Shown here: piece after piece, positions 50,413 through 63,745 of the stretch
Layout of the letters: every line of letters starts with the position of its first letter
Position numbering within the stretch: the stretch's first letter is position 1
Assembly: GCA_030390025.1 (NCBI GenBank)
Contig: CM059434.1
Location: forward strand, 62,806,001-62,870,000
Reading direction: 5' to 3'
Length of the DNA stretch: 64,000 nucleotides
From: Squalus acanthias
Lineage: Eukaryota
Position numbers and translations under genes: made by a program
Notes under the pieces: generated by a model
Database searches by the model: none
The model's input: only the letters and a program-made list of their open reading frames with translations
Told to the model about the DNA's origin: nothing

Positions 50413-51534
50413 CACTTCAACCAATATCTGTGCAAACACCGAGCGATCCCGGCTCTGATCCACTCTCATTGGACGGCTTCCCTTGATTGACAAAGTACTT
50501 GGCTGCAGCTTGTCCCAACTCCGATTCTGATTGGTCTGTTATCACGTCAATTTTTTTTTCTACACATTTTTGGCGGACCACTTGAAACCTTCCACAGACC
50601 CCAATTTGAGAACCACTGGTCTAGACCTTGAGCTCTGGAATTCCCTCCCATTATCTCTCTGCCTCTATTTTCGCCTTTAGAACCCTCTTTAAAACCTACC
50701 TCTTTGACCAAGCTTTTAGCCACCCCTACTAATATTTTCTCCTTTGCCTCAGTGTCAATTTTTGGCTAATTACGCTCTTGTGAAGCGCCCTGTGATGTTT
50801 TTCTACGTTAAACACGCTATATTAATCCAAATTGCTGTCTACCTAATGACTTTGCTGTGGAGGTTAGTTTGGAGGCTTACTAAGCCTAAATCATTAGAGT
50901 AGCTGAATTAACATAGGGCTGAAATAGCATGATTGCTGAAGCCCCTTGGGTTAATGACCGTGTCTGCACAAGTGATAATTTAGCTCCATCACACTGCTCC
51001 AAATCAATTTTTTCCATGATGTTATTGCCACTCACCATTTATACAAAGATTGTCATAAAATGGGCTCGGAATAAAATGCCCCAGAAAATAAACCATTTTC
51101 ACAGTTAACTCTGCTTCCATTCACTCTGATGGGGCAAATCCTAATTGGTTGTTGAGAGATAGAGATATTTCAAGATGTTTGAGATGTGATGAGGTGCTAT
51201 CTAACATGCAGGTATAGAACAGAAGAGGTTTTTTTTTAAAAACTTCTGATGATTTTAGGTCATTTAATGCAAACAGTTTTTAGGATGCTGGAACTCCAGT
51301 ATTCCTGCGCTCTCTCATAATTAGACGTAAGTGCTTCTGTTTGTCACACTCCCACGTTATATTGCCAAATGTAATTCCAGTATGTCTGAATAGAACAAAG
51401 ATGGCAGTAATTATAATAGAGCTGCCTTCCCTCCAGCTGAAGAATGCCCTCCACTGTCTCATTTCTGCCCCCATGTTATTAACACCATTACCAACAGTAG
51501 TGTACTGTTGCAGGATGATGTAACATGAGCACTG

Positions 51535-51584
51535 TGTGTTAGACTTGCATTTTGATAGCACCTTATCACATCAGAAACATCTTG

Positions 51585-51627
<43 letters not shown>

Positions 51628-51990
51628 CCCCTCTCACAGATACGCAATTTGAATCACTTTGAAATATGGTAATTGTTAGGTGAACAGCAGCTATTTCATG
51701 CACAGCAGGATATGACATTCAGCAACGAGTTGAGTGACCTATTGGTGGTGGTTGAGGGACAGATTTTAGCCAAACACTGGGCAGACTTTCTGCTTTCCTT
51801 TAAATAGGTGCCATGGGATCTTTTAATGTCCACCTGAACCACAGGAATAGCAGACGAGGCCTTGATTTATTATCTGAAGAATGGCATGTCCAGCAACTTC
51901 CTCAGGAATTGGAGTTCAACCAAGATTATATGCTCAGACCCTGAAGTGGCGTTTGAACCTATAACCTTTTGACTCTGGAGCGAGCTGGCA
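51535..51990 (-). mobile_element. Degraded DeuSINE with an internal (CT)n tract at 51588-51630
   Basis: gtgccatgggatcttttaatgtccacctga and a tRNA-like head near 51940-51990. Confidence 0.75.
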
Positions 51991-54429
51991 GAGGTGTTAA
52001 TGGCATTATATCCAAGGATAAATGACTGAGGCAAATTGTATTGATTACTCCAAAGTGTCAGAAAGTGAGGGTACCAAGGTAAATAACAGGAGAGGAAATC
52101 TGTTGCATTGAATTTTGTTGCAGTAAACTGACATAGTTTAAAAGGAGAAATGTTGGCAATGTAACACATCAGTGCAATACTTTATAGTGGTGGTGATGAG
52201 AATGCGACGCTGTGTTATGGAAGTCCACGAGATAGGAAAGTAGTTAATTTCAGAGTACTCTTAATTAAGACTTTCAGTACAAAAGAAGTACTGAAGGGAA
52301 TTGCTGTAAAACACTGGTGTACATTGATTATAGTGCTGTACAGATATATTGTGACAGGATTGTGAAACCACAATCCGTTCAGTCCAGAATAGGAACTCTG
52401 GCCTTGTTCAAAACAATAAAACTATTGAGCATGACTTTTTTTTCCTTTCACTCTAATTATAATGAATTTTGCTTTTAAAATTAATACTCAGTAGTCCTGA
52501 CAACACGCATTTTTCTTTACTGATTCTGTCGCTGTAGTCTTTAGAGTACTCTGCAACCAGATTGTTCCTACACTCACACGGTAAGAGGAAAGAAAAACAT
52601 ACCTTGTATTGCATATTTGCATTTCATTATCCATTGTTGTCACAAAATTAGTCGGACAAGTGAATAATTTAGTTCTTTGTTATTGTCAGAAGGAGTAAGT
52701 TAATCAGTTTCATTAACTGCTACATGTTTATATACTATAGTTTTTTAATAATTTGTCGCGCTGACTTCATGACTTCTTTAAAACCACGCACTATAATATT
52801 ACAGATGTTCACAGCAGCAATGCGAGCTCCGGTTTATTCTTCAAATGTGAGCTTGATATTGGTAATCTGTGTTTAATGCTGATTTGTAATCACAATCCTC
52901 ATGTTCCACAGAGGGGGAAGATTTTTTTTGTTGTCCATCTTCCCCCAGAATCATTTCTCTTTTTTGAAGCGTGTGTGTGCATGCAAGGTAGCTCACCCTA
53001 TGACTTGTCAGTTAATTATATTACTGGGGCAGAACTTCATCCTGTCACAACAGTGGGAGTTCATTATGATGTCTGTTTCCAAGCTGCCTTGAAACGACAA
53101 CTTTAATGTCCTAGAGAGTGGCCAAGAGATACTGCTAAGTGTAAACATAACTCTCCTTATAACACTAGATTATGTGACCATAGACTAGAATAGCTTCCTC
53201 GTTTCCAATTGTTTGTTCTTATTGGATCTGTCGTGCTTTATTGCTATAATAATAATGAAAATAAGGAAGTCACGCAATGATGTTTCTACCGCAAGCTGTC
53301 ACTGTATTTCACAGTAAATACAGTACGAGTCAAACAAGTTGTTATTGATTTATAATTAGAGACAGCCTTTTCAGTTAAATTGGTTAATAAGTTGTGGAAA
53401 TGAGGGTTGGGAATTGAACCTTAAAGGAGGCATCGCCCCTATCACGGGTGCTAATATGAAGCAGTTCTAAAGAACTGTCTGTAACTGTTCCTTCTTGAGC
53501 AGTGTTTTGCCATCTTGCTTTTCATTAATTTTGTTGGTACGTGCAAAAGCTTTATTTGTTGAGTCCTGATGACATTGCAGGCAAAAAAAATTCTGGTCCA
53601 AAGAAATTACGGTGGCCAGTAGAGTGTGAGAGCTGAATTAATGTGTAAGGCTGAAGTGACATGAGCGCTGAAACACTCCAGGTAAACATCTTACATAGGA
53701 TTACAAAGGATATACAGCACAGAAACAGGCCATTCAGCCCAACCAGTCCATGCCGGCGTTTATGCTCCACTCGAGCCTCCTCCCATCCTTCCTCATCTAA
53801 ATCTATCAGCATAACCCTCTATTCCCTTCTCCCTCATATGCTTGTCTAGCCTCCCCTTAAATGCATCTATACTATTCGCTTCAACCACTCCCTGTGGTAA
53901 CGAGTTCCACATTCTCACCACTCTTTGGGTAAAGACGTTTCTTCTGAATTCCCTATTGGATTTCTTGGTGACTATCTTATATTGATGGCCTCTAGTTATG
54001 CTCTTCCCCACAAGTGGAAACATTCTCACTGTATCCACTCTATCAAAATCTTTCATAATTTTAAAGACCTCTATTAGGTCACCCCTCAGCCTTTTTTCAA
54101 GAGAGCCTGTTCATCCTTTCCTGATATATATACCCTCGCATTTCTGGTATCACCCTTGTAAATCTTCTCTGCACTCTCTCCAGTGCCCCTCTATCCTTTT
54201 TATAATATGGCGACCAGAAGAGTACGCAGTTCTCTCTAAGGTTCGATACAGGTTTAGCATAACTGCCCTACTTTTCAATTCTATACCTCTAGAAATAAAC
54301 CCTAGTGCTTGGTTTGCTTTTTTTATGGCCTTGCTAACCTGTGTCGCAACGTTTAGTGATTTGTGCATTTGTACTCCGAGATCCCTTTGTTCCTCTACCC
54401 CACCTAGACTCACACCCTCCAAGTGATAA

Positions 54430-57400
54430 TTTTTTTATTTATATTCGTTCATGGGATCTGGGCGTCGTGGGCAAGGCCAGCATTTATTACCCGTCCCTAA
54501 TTGCCCTTGAGAAGGTGGTGGTGAGCTGCCTTCTTGAACTGCTGCAGTCCGTGTGGTGAAGGTACCCCCCACAGTGCTGTTAGGTAGGGAGTTCCAGGAT
54601 TTTGACCCAGCGCCGATGAATGAAAAGTGATGTACTTCCAAGTCAGGATGGTGTGTGACTTGGAGGGGAACTTGGAGGTGGTGGTGATCCCATGCACCTG
54701 CTGCCCTTGTCCTTCTAGGTGGTAGAGGTCGCGGGTTTGGGCGTTGCTGCAGTGCATTTTGTAGATCGTACACACTGCAGCCACGGTACGCCGGTGGTGG
54801 AGGGAGTGAATGTTTAAGTTGGTGGATGGGGTGCTAATCAAGCGGGCTGCTTTGTCCTGGATGGTGTCGAGTTTCTTGAGTGTTGTTGGAGCTGCACTTA
54901 TTCAGGCAAGTGGAGAGTATTCCATCACACTCCTTACTTGTGCCTTGTAGATGGTGGAAAGGCTTTGGGGGGTCAGGAGGTGAGACACTCGCCGCAGAAT
55001 ACCCAGCCTCTGACCTGCTCTTGTTGCCACAGTATTTATGTGGCTGGTCCAATTAAGTTTCTGCTCAATGGTGACCCTCAGGATGTTGATGGTGGGGGAT
55101 TTGCTGATGGTAATGCCGTTGAATGTCAAGGGACGGTGGTTAGACTCTCGCTTGTTGGAGATAGTCATTGCCTGGCACTTGTGTGGCGCGAATGTTACCT
55201 GCCACATATCAGCCTAAGTCTTAATATCGTCTAGGTCTTGTTGCATGCGGTCATGGACTGGTTCATTATCTGAGGAGTTGCGAATGGCACTGAACACTGT
55301 GCAGTCATCCGCGGACATTCCTATTTTTGACCTTGTGTTGGAGGGAAGGTCATTGATGAAGCAGCTGAAGATGGTTGGGCCTCGGACACTGCCCTGAGGA
55401 ACTCCTGCAACGATGTCCTGGGGCTGTGATGATTACCAACCAACCACCACAACCATCTTCGTTTGTGCTAGGTATGACTCTAGCCAGTGGAGAGTTTTCC
55501 CCCCCAATTCCCATTGACTTCAGTTTTACTACAGCTCCTTGATGTCCAGGGCAGTCATTCTCACATCAACTCTGGAATTCAGCTCCTTTGTCCATGTTTA
55601 CACCAAGGCTGTAATGAGGTCTGGAGCCGAGTGGTCCTGGCGGAACCCAAACTGGGCATCAGTGAGCAGGTTATTAGTGAGTAAGTGCTGCTTGATAGCA
55701 CTGTCGACGACACCTTCCATCACTTTGCTGATGATTGAGAGTAGATTGATGGGGTGGTAATTGACCAGATTGGATTTGTCCTGCTTTTTCTGGACAGGAC
55801 ATACTTGGGCAGTTTTCCACATTGTCGGATAGATGCCAGTATTGTAGCTGTACTGGAACAGCTTAGCTAAAGGCGAGGCTAGTTCTGGAGCACAAGTCTT
55901 CAGCACGATAGCCGGGATGTTGTCGGGGCCCGTAGCCTTTGCTGTATCCAGTGCGCTCAGCTGTTTCTTGATATCACGTGGAGTGAATCGAATTGGTTGA
56001 AGTCTGGTTTCTGTGATGGTGGGGACCTCGGGAGGAGGCCGATATGGATCATCCACTCGACATTTCTGGCTGAAGATGGTTGTAAACGCTTCATCCTTGT
56101 CTTTTGCACTCACGTGCTGGGCTCCATCATCATTGAGGATGGGGATATTCATGGAGCCGCCTCCTCCTGTTAGTTGTTTGATGGTCCACCACCATTCACG
56201 ACTGGATGTGGCAGGACTGCAGAGCTTTGATCTGATCCGTTGATTGTGGGATCATTTAGCCCTGTCTATAGCATGCTGCTTCCGCTTTTTAGCATGCATG
56301 TAGTCCTGTGTTGCAGCTTCCCCAGGTTAGCACCTCATTTTTAGGTACGCCTGGTGCTGCTCCTGGCATGGTCTTGTACACTCCTTATTGAACCAGGGTT
56401 GGTCCCCTGGCTTGATGGTAATGGTAGAGTGAGGGATATGCTGGGCCATGAGGTTACAGATTGTGTTGAATACAATTCTGCTGCTGCTGATGGCCCACAG
56501 CGCCTCATGGATGCCCAGTTTTGAGCTGCTAGATCTGTTCTGAATCTATCCCATTTAGCATGGTAGTAGTGCCACACAACACGATGGAGGGTGTCCTCAG
56601 TGTGAAGACGGGACTTTATGCAGTGGTCACTGCTACCAATGCTGTCATGGACAGATGCATCTGCGACAGGTAGATTGGTGAGGACGTGTTCAAGTCGGTT
56701 TTTCCCTTGTGTTGGTTCTCTCACCACCTATCGCAGGCCCAGACTGGCAGTTATGTCCTTCAGGACTCTGCCAGCTCGGTCAGTAGTGGTGCTACCGAGC
56801 CACTCTTGGTGATAGACATTGATCTCCCCCACCCAGAGTACATTCTGTGCCCTTGCTTCTCTCAGTGCTTCTTCCAAGTGGTGTTCAGCATGGAGGAGTA
56901 CTGATTCATCAGCTGAGGGAGGGCGGTAGGTGGCAATCAGCAGGAGGTCTCCTTGCCTATGCTTGAGACTTCATGCGGTCCGGAGTCATGTTGAGGACTC
57001 ACAGGGTCACTCCTTCCCGACTGTATACCACTGGGCCGCCATCCCTGGTGGGTCTGTCCTACCGTTGGGACAGGACATACCCAGAGATGGTGATAGAGGA
57101 GTTTGGGACATTAGCTGAAAGGTATGATTCTCTGAGTACGATTATGTCCAGCTGTTGCTTGACTAGTCTGTGGGACAGCTCTCCCAATTTTGGCAAGTCC
57201 CCAAATGTTGGTGAGGAGGACTTTGCAGGGTCGACTGGGCTGGATGTGCCGTTGTCATGTCTTAGGCCGGTGCCGAGGTCGATGCCGGGTGGCCCGTCTG
57301 GTTTTATTCTTCTTCTTGTTTGTTGTAGCGGTTTGTCACAACTGAATGACTTGCTAGGCCATTTCAGAGGACAGTTAAGATCAACCACATTGCTGTGGGT

Positions 57401-57661
57401 CTGGAGTCACATCGGCCAGACCAGGTAAGGGCAGCAGATTTCCTTCCGTAAAAGACATTAGTGAACCAGATGGGTTTTTACGACAATCTGATAGTTTCAT
57501 GGTCACCATTACTGATGCTAGCTTTTTATTCCAGACTTATGTAATTAACTGAATTAAAATTCCCCAGCTGCTGTGGTGGGATTTGAACTCACGTCTCTGG
57601 ATCGTTAGTCCAGGCCTCTGGATTACTGGTCCAGTAACATAACCACCATGCTACCGTTCCC
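54430..57661 (-). mobile_element. Full-span single-ORF CR1/L2-group LINE with a tRNA-derived 5' head (degraded, internally deleted)
   Basis: A box TAGCATGGTGG (57653-57643) and B box GAGTTCAAATCC (57590-57579), then the APE start (KLGELSHRLVKQQLDIIVLRESYL), RT (ATGPDNIPAIVLKTCAPELA...QFGFR) and an A-rich 3' end. Confidence 0.88.
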
Positions 57662-57994
57662 GAAAGTGACCCCCCTATTTATCCTACCAAAATGTAATAC
57701 CTCACATTTATCTGTGTTGAACTACATTTGCCAATTATATGCCCATTCTGCAAGTTTATGAATGTCCTACTGTAATTTGTTGCAGTCCTCCTCAGTGTTG
57801 ATTTTTCCACCGCGCCCCCTCCAATTTGGTGTCATCCACAAATTAAAAAATTGTGTTTTTGATTCCAAAGTCTAAATCGTTAATGTAAATTGTAAACAGC
57901 AGTGGTCCCAGCACTGATCCTTGTGGAACACCACTGCCCACCTTCTACTGCAAATAGCTACTGTTTACTCCTACTCTGCTTTCTGTCCTTAAGA

Positions 57995-58490
57995 CCAATA
58001 AATTAAATCATCCTGACTATCTGCCGAGGTGTGATAAAGTTAATTAAGTCAGCCAGGAAGGTACCACATCAAAAGACATAGCAAGATACAACTGAGACAA
58101 TGAGGTGAAGTCGCAGGGGTTCTAACGTGTCAAAAGCTGCCGTATGTATGTAAAACGAAAAGCTTTAAAAAAAATTTACTTTTTTACTGGGAAAATTTTT
58201 ACTTTTTTACTGGGAATCACATCTGTGAACAAGCTAACGACGACTCGAGTCCGGATCACGTCATGTATCGTGACATAAACCCAAGATCCCGATTGAGACC
58301 GTCTTCATGAGTGCAGAACTTGGCTATCAGTTTCTGCTCGATGATTTTGCGTTGTCGTGTGTTTCTAAGGTTGCCTTGGAGAACGCTTACCCGCAGATCC
58401 GAGGCTGAATGTCCTTGACTGCTGAAGTGTTCCCCGACTGGGAGGGAACAATCCTGCCTGGCGATTGTTGCGCGGTGCTCGTTCATACGT
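57995..58490 (-). mobile_element. Penelope-like fragment (second family)
   Basis: ORF 58256-58486 reads MNEHRATI...PVGEHFS...EQKLIAKFCTHEDGLNRD, a GIY-YIG C-terminus. Confidence 0.85.
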
Positions 58491-59122
58491 TGCTAAGCCA
58501 GCCAGCAAATCATTCTGCTACTTGTCCCCTGACTCCGCATTCTCTGTCCTTGTTCATCAGTCTATTATGGGGTACTTATCGAAGGCCTTTTGAAAATCCA
58601 GATAAATTACATCTACTGCATTACCATTGTCTACTCTCTCTGACTAAGGTTGGTCAAGCTAGACTTTCCCTTTTGAAATCCATTCTGACTATTCCTTATA
58701 TTTTTGGTTTCTAGATGTTCTTCTATTTTCTCCTTTAGTAGGGATTCCATTATTTTTCCTACCACCGATATTAAGCTGACTGGTCTATAATTCCTTGGAC
58801 ATGTTCTATCCCCCTTCTTAAATATCTGTAATACATTAGCTATCCACCAGTCCTCTGACACTACACCTTTTTCTAACGAATTATTAACTATGTGTAGTAA
58901 TGTCTCTGCTATCTCTCCCATAGATTCTTTTAAAATGTGTGGATGCAATCCATCCAGGCCAGGGGTTTTATCCTCTTTGAGTTTGATTAGTTTATTTAAT
59001 ATATCCCCTTTTTTTATTTTAAATGCACTTATCTCATTACTAATCTCATCATCCAATGTCATGTCCACCTGTTCTATCTCCCTGGTAAATATTGAAGCAA
59101 AATAATTATTTCATATTTCTGC

Positions 59123-59588
59123 CAGCTGTGGCTCAGTGGGTAGCACACTCGCCTCTGAGTCAGAAGGTTGTGGGTTCAAGTCCCACTCCAGGGACTTGAG
59201 CACATAAAGTTAGGCTGACACTCCAGTGCAGTGCTGAGGGAGTGCTGCACTGTCGGAGGTGCCCTCTTTCGGATGAGACGTTAAACCGAGGCACCGTCTG
59301 CTCTCTCAGGTGGACGTAAAAGATCCCAAGGCACTATTTTGAAGAAGAGCAGGGGAGTTATCCCCGGTGTCCTGGCTAATATTTATTCCTCCATCAACAC
59401 CGCTAAAACAGATTATCTGGTCATTATCACATTGCTGTTTGTGGGAGCTTGCTGTGTGCAAATTGGCTGCTGCGTTTCCCACATTACAGTGACTACACTC
59501 CAAAAGTACTTCATTGGCAGTAAAGCGCTTTGAGACGTCCGGTGTTCGTGAAAGGTCCTGTATAAATGCAAGTCTGTCTTTTTTTTTT
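59123..59588 (+). mobile_element. Well-preserved tRNA-derived DeuSINE (SacSINE1-like)
   Basis: A box tggctcagtgg, B box ggttcaagtcc, Deu-domain-like core and an L2-like 3' tail. Inserted into a CR1 with tgcca at both junctions. Confidence 0.9.
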
Positions 59589-60748
59589 GCCATCTCTCTA
59601 TCGTTACCTGTGGTATTATCCTGTCTATCCCTTAATGGCCCTATCTTAATCTACTAGACCTTGTTTCACAGGTGTTTTGAGAGTTAGTAAGAAGATGTGA
59701 TACGCTCGCCATCAAGTCTGCCACCCCTTCTGATTGGGAGCAAGACAGGATCAGTTGAGTAGGGTTACAAGAACAAAAGAGTGAGAGAGGGATGAGGATT
59801 TAGAATACCCTCATAATAAAAATAAAGCATCCTGTTATTAAGATGCTAAAAAATGGAAGTGAACAACAAACCCCCCCCCCCCCACAAAAAAGTTTCTAAC
59901 TGCATTTCTAACTACAGTATATGTGCAGTACATAAAGCAGTTACAGTTGAGTTACAATACTTGTTTGTCTTTCCAAATATGTACAGGGTAATCAGTCTCC
60001 CCTAATAACTGGCCATCAATCACCACTGATAATTGGTATGTGCAGTGGGCTGAGAAAAGAGCTGGTGTGGTACTTGACATCACTTAACTAGAACAAGCTA
60101 TTTAAAATAATTTGCATGTCTGCTTCCAGGCGACTTATACTGTTTAGAAGAAAATAAATGACGCTTGTTTTTAGAGGAAAATATAACTGCAACATAGGGT
60201 AGCTGGATTTTCATATCACTTCAATGTTTTTACATTGTTTTAAAACAGTTGTTTACTTGTATATTTATATATTTGTTTAGCAAGCATGTTGGGAGTTTCC
60301 AAAGCAACTCTACTCCTTATCATTGGCGTCAGTAGAACTGTCCACTTGGAAGCTGACCGATTCTGAATCTCTCTCTCTTTTCTGGTTACCATTAAATATT
60401 TGCCGAGTGGAGAATAATCTTTCGCTGCAGGCTGCAACCAGTCTCTCAATAGAAGAGTTCCAAAGTACCAATGATGAGTGAAGAGCATGCTGTGAGTGGA
60501 TCCGCTTGGTTTCTTTACCCTTGGTCCACACAGTACAGTGCGCGCAAGGATCCAAAAATGAATTGGCAAATGCAAATATTTTGAAAGTTGCTTATGAAAA
60601 GGAAAGTGCACCTGAGCGTTATGTAGGTAGATGTTTACTGTATATTTAACCTTATTAAGAGACTTGGTTTGAAAGATGTGGATACACTTATGGGTTGGTT
60701 TTGACTCTGACCGCACTGACCATCCTGACTTTTTTTCCTTTTTATAAT

Positions 60749-62413
60749 GGACCAGAATATTCTGGAGCGGGGGCATCTCGCATTATGCCCCGTTAGTTGG
60801 ATTTTTTTTCCTCTCCCTTTTTTGCACGGAAATTACTGGAAGTGTGAGTTGCTAACGGTGCCGCAAGGGCAGCAGGACCTCCTGTGACTTTAGTAAATGA
60901 CGGGACGATCAGTCTATCTCCTTAAAACAACACCACCAACAACTTGCATTTATATAGTGCCTTTAACGTAGTAAAACGTCCCAAGGTGTTTTCACTGGAG
61001 TGTTCTCAAATGGGGATGTGCAAGAGGCCAGAATTGGAGGCGCGCAGAGATCTTGGAGGGTTGTAGAGCTGGAGGAGATTACACCGAGGGGCGAGGCCAT
61101 GGAGGGATTTGAAAACAAGGATGAGAATTTTAAAATTGAGGCGTTGCCGGACTAGGAGCCAATGTAGGTCAGCGAGCGCAGGAGTGATGGGTGAACAGGA
61201 CTTTGTGCGAGTTAGGATTACATAGAATATACAGTACAGAAACTGGCCATCACCCCAACTAGTCTGTGGTGGTGTTTCTACTTATTCCATCTACCTCATC
61301 TCAGCCTTTCAGCATATCTTTCTATTCCCTTTTCTCTTATGTACTTGTCTAGTTTCCTTTTGAAAGCATCTAAGCTATTTGCCTCAACCACTTCCTGTGG
61401 TAGTGAGTTCTACATTCTAACCACTCTAAGTAAAGAAATTTCTCCTTATTTCCCTATTGGATTTATTAGTAACTATCTTGTATTTGGGGCCCCTAGTTTT
61501 GGATACAGGCAGCAGAGTTTTGGATGAGCTCAAATTTATGGAGGGTGCAAGGTGGTAGGCTGGTGAGGAGAGCATTGGAATAGTAGAGTTCAGAGGTAAC
61601 AAAGGCATGGAGGAGGGTTTCATTAGCAGATCAGCTGAGGCAGGGGGGAAGTCAGCCTATGTTACGGAGATGGAAGGAGCCGGTCTTGGTGCTGGAGAGG
61701 ATATGGGGTCAGAAGCTCAGCTCAGGGTTAAATACGAAGCCAAGGTTGTGAATGGTCTGGTTCAGCCTTGGGCAGTGGCTAGGGAGAGGGATGGAGTTGG
61801 GGGCTTTGGAACGGAGTTTGTGGCAGGGATCAAATATTTTGTTTTGAGGAAATTTCTGCTCATCCAACACTGGATGATCAATAAGTAATGAGATTTAAGG
61901 ATAGAGAAAGATACAGAGGAACAACGGAGAAGGAAATAAGGTGAATTAGAGTAAAATTAGATGCAGAAAAATAGATAGAGTGTGAAAGAAAGATTGGATT
62001 GTGAGAGAGAAGAAAGACAGAAAGGAAAAGAGAATTTTTTTCATTAACATTTTTTAAAAACCTCCAAGAAACAGTTTACTACCTGCAGGAGTGAGAAACT
62101 CCACAGTTTCAATTGTTCCCTTTCTGGGACTCCAAGGTTGAGTGGCATTGCAGGAACATAAATCTTGTCATTACATCGTTAAGTGCCAGCCCTAACTTTC
62201 TGCAGTGACTTTAATTTGTTTTAATTGCAAAATGCAGCAATCTCTTGACACTCATGGGGAGGTTGGCGGCCATCTCCGGTTTGTTCAAGGCTAACAGTGG
62301 AGCGCTGCAAATCGTCCAGGGATTTGTGGTGATTCACAACTCAAGGGTGTCTCTTACTTGCCACAAATTACTGGGTTTTGTACACACTAATAATGGCAGG
62401 GAATATCACAGCC
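60749..62413. mobile_element. PIF/Harbinger-like MITE interrupted by an L2
   Basis: AAT flanks both ends; imperfect TIRs ggaccagaatattc / gaatatcacagcc. Confidence 0.6.
60925..61885 (-). mobile_element. L2 3' fragment containing a CR1 tail (61218-61500, minus strand)
   Basis: Tail caacaacttgcatttatatagtgcctttaacgtag; colinear with 43968-44750. Confidence 0.88.
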
Positions 62414-62814
62414 AATCCAGATAAACACATGCTTTCCAACAGGAGTCAATGGACAGTGATTGGGACCTAAAGCCCTGGCTGATACTAGTCCAGGGATGAA
62501 ACTAATTGTCGCATTGCTACTCCTGCCCTGGCTGAGGTCGATGAATTTACGGCCCAGCGACCATCAACAGTGATGGCATTAGGAAAGCTCACAATGTATA
62601 GAATTTTTTAAAACAAGAGTTGTGATATAAAGCAAGAATGTCTCGGATAAAGTTGTTATTATAGCCTTGGGTTGATTGGGTTAACTCCTTGTCACAGGGC
62701 AGAAAAAAAAACTGGTCTGTTTTAGCATGTGAAAATATTTTGCTGCAGGTGGGTGAGAATAACAGCTTGGGGTGCCACTGGTTTGAATCACAGCCGTAAA
62801 ACACTTCTGCCCTC

Positions 62815-63745
62815 TCAACAGCAACAGAATCTTGCATTTATACAGTGCCTTCAACATATCAACATTCCAATGCCCTTTACTGAGGCACAAGGAAGATGTA
62901 CATCTAGCCAAATGAGGGGAGGTTAGGTGGGGGTATGCAGAATCTTGAAGGAGAGGGAGATAGAAAGGTGGTGGGTTTTAGGGAGGGAATTCAAGAGAGG
63001 GGACCCAGATAGTTGAAAGTATGACTGGCAATGGTGAGGAAAGAGAGGGACGGGATACACAAAGGTCCTGAGTCAGAGGAAGGCGAGTTGGAGCTGTAAT
63101 TCTGGAGGAGGTTATGGGAATAAGTGAGGTGCAGCATAGAGCCGTTTAAAGACCAGGGCAAGGATTTTAGATTTTGCTGCTCTGGGGAACTGGAAACCAA
63201 TGTAGATCAGTGGGGTCGAGGATTAAGGATGAGCAAGACTTGGTGCAGGATAGGATTTAATCAGTGTTTTGGATGAGTTGGAGTTTATAGATAGTGGAGC
63301 CTGGGAGGCGTGCAAGGAGAGGATTGGAGTACTAGAGTTTTGAGGTGATGAAGGCATATTGTGTTGGTTTCTGCAGCGGAGGGGCTGAGGTGGCCCATTT
63401 TACAGAGATGGAAGTAGGTGGTCTTTGTGATGGAGGATGTGAGGTTGGAAACTCTTGGTTGAACAGGATGCTGAGCAATCGAACAATTTAGTTCAGCCTG
63501 AAAGGGTGGCTGAGGAGTGGGCTGGAGTCATTTGTGAGAAAGCAGTGTTTGTGGTGAATACAGCAGTGATGACTTTGGTCTTACCCATGTTTAGCCGTGA
63601 GAAGTTAAGATTCATTCAGAAGTGGAGGCCTGGAAAGCAGTCTGTCCGCACGAAGGTAGTGGCGTGGTCAAGACAGCTGCTGGAGAGGTCGAGATGAGTC
63701 TGATCAGTGTAAACATAGAAGCTGATCCCATGTCTACGGATGATA
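62815..63745 (-). mobile_element. Old degraded L2 fragment
   Basis: L2-type tail at 62815-62860 and weak colinearity with the other L2 copies. Confidence 0.75.

Larger units (their letters stand above)
48535..50618. mobile_element. Non-autonomous hAT-Charlie element (2084 bp including a nested MITE)
   Basis: TIRs cagtggttttcaaa / tttgagaaccactg and a perfect 8-bp TSD GTCTAGAC (48527-48534, 50619-50626), the NTCTAGAN target typical of Charlie elements. Confidence 0.93.
48437..50838 (+). mobile_element. L2 3' fragment interrupted by a hAT element
   Basis: 48437-48534 joins 50627-50838 (cttcagccgtctagac|cttgagctctggaattccctccc) and ends in an L2 tail. Confidence 0.82.
53690..59650 (-). mobile_element. 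CR1 LINE split by a LINE, a Penelope element and a SINE
   Basis: Colinear pieces 53690-54428, 57662-57990, 58492-59122 and 59589-59650; ORFs 53793-54056, 54150-54422 and 58631-59068. Confidence 0.88.

Noticed and set aside
50226-50493. ORFs with ERERER or SLSLSL runs (also 51459-51647)
   Set aside because: Translations of (CT)n microsatellites.
59123-59200. tRNA gene
   Set aside because: It is the head of a DeuSINE and continues into the SINE body; likewise 57579-57661 is a retroelement head.
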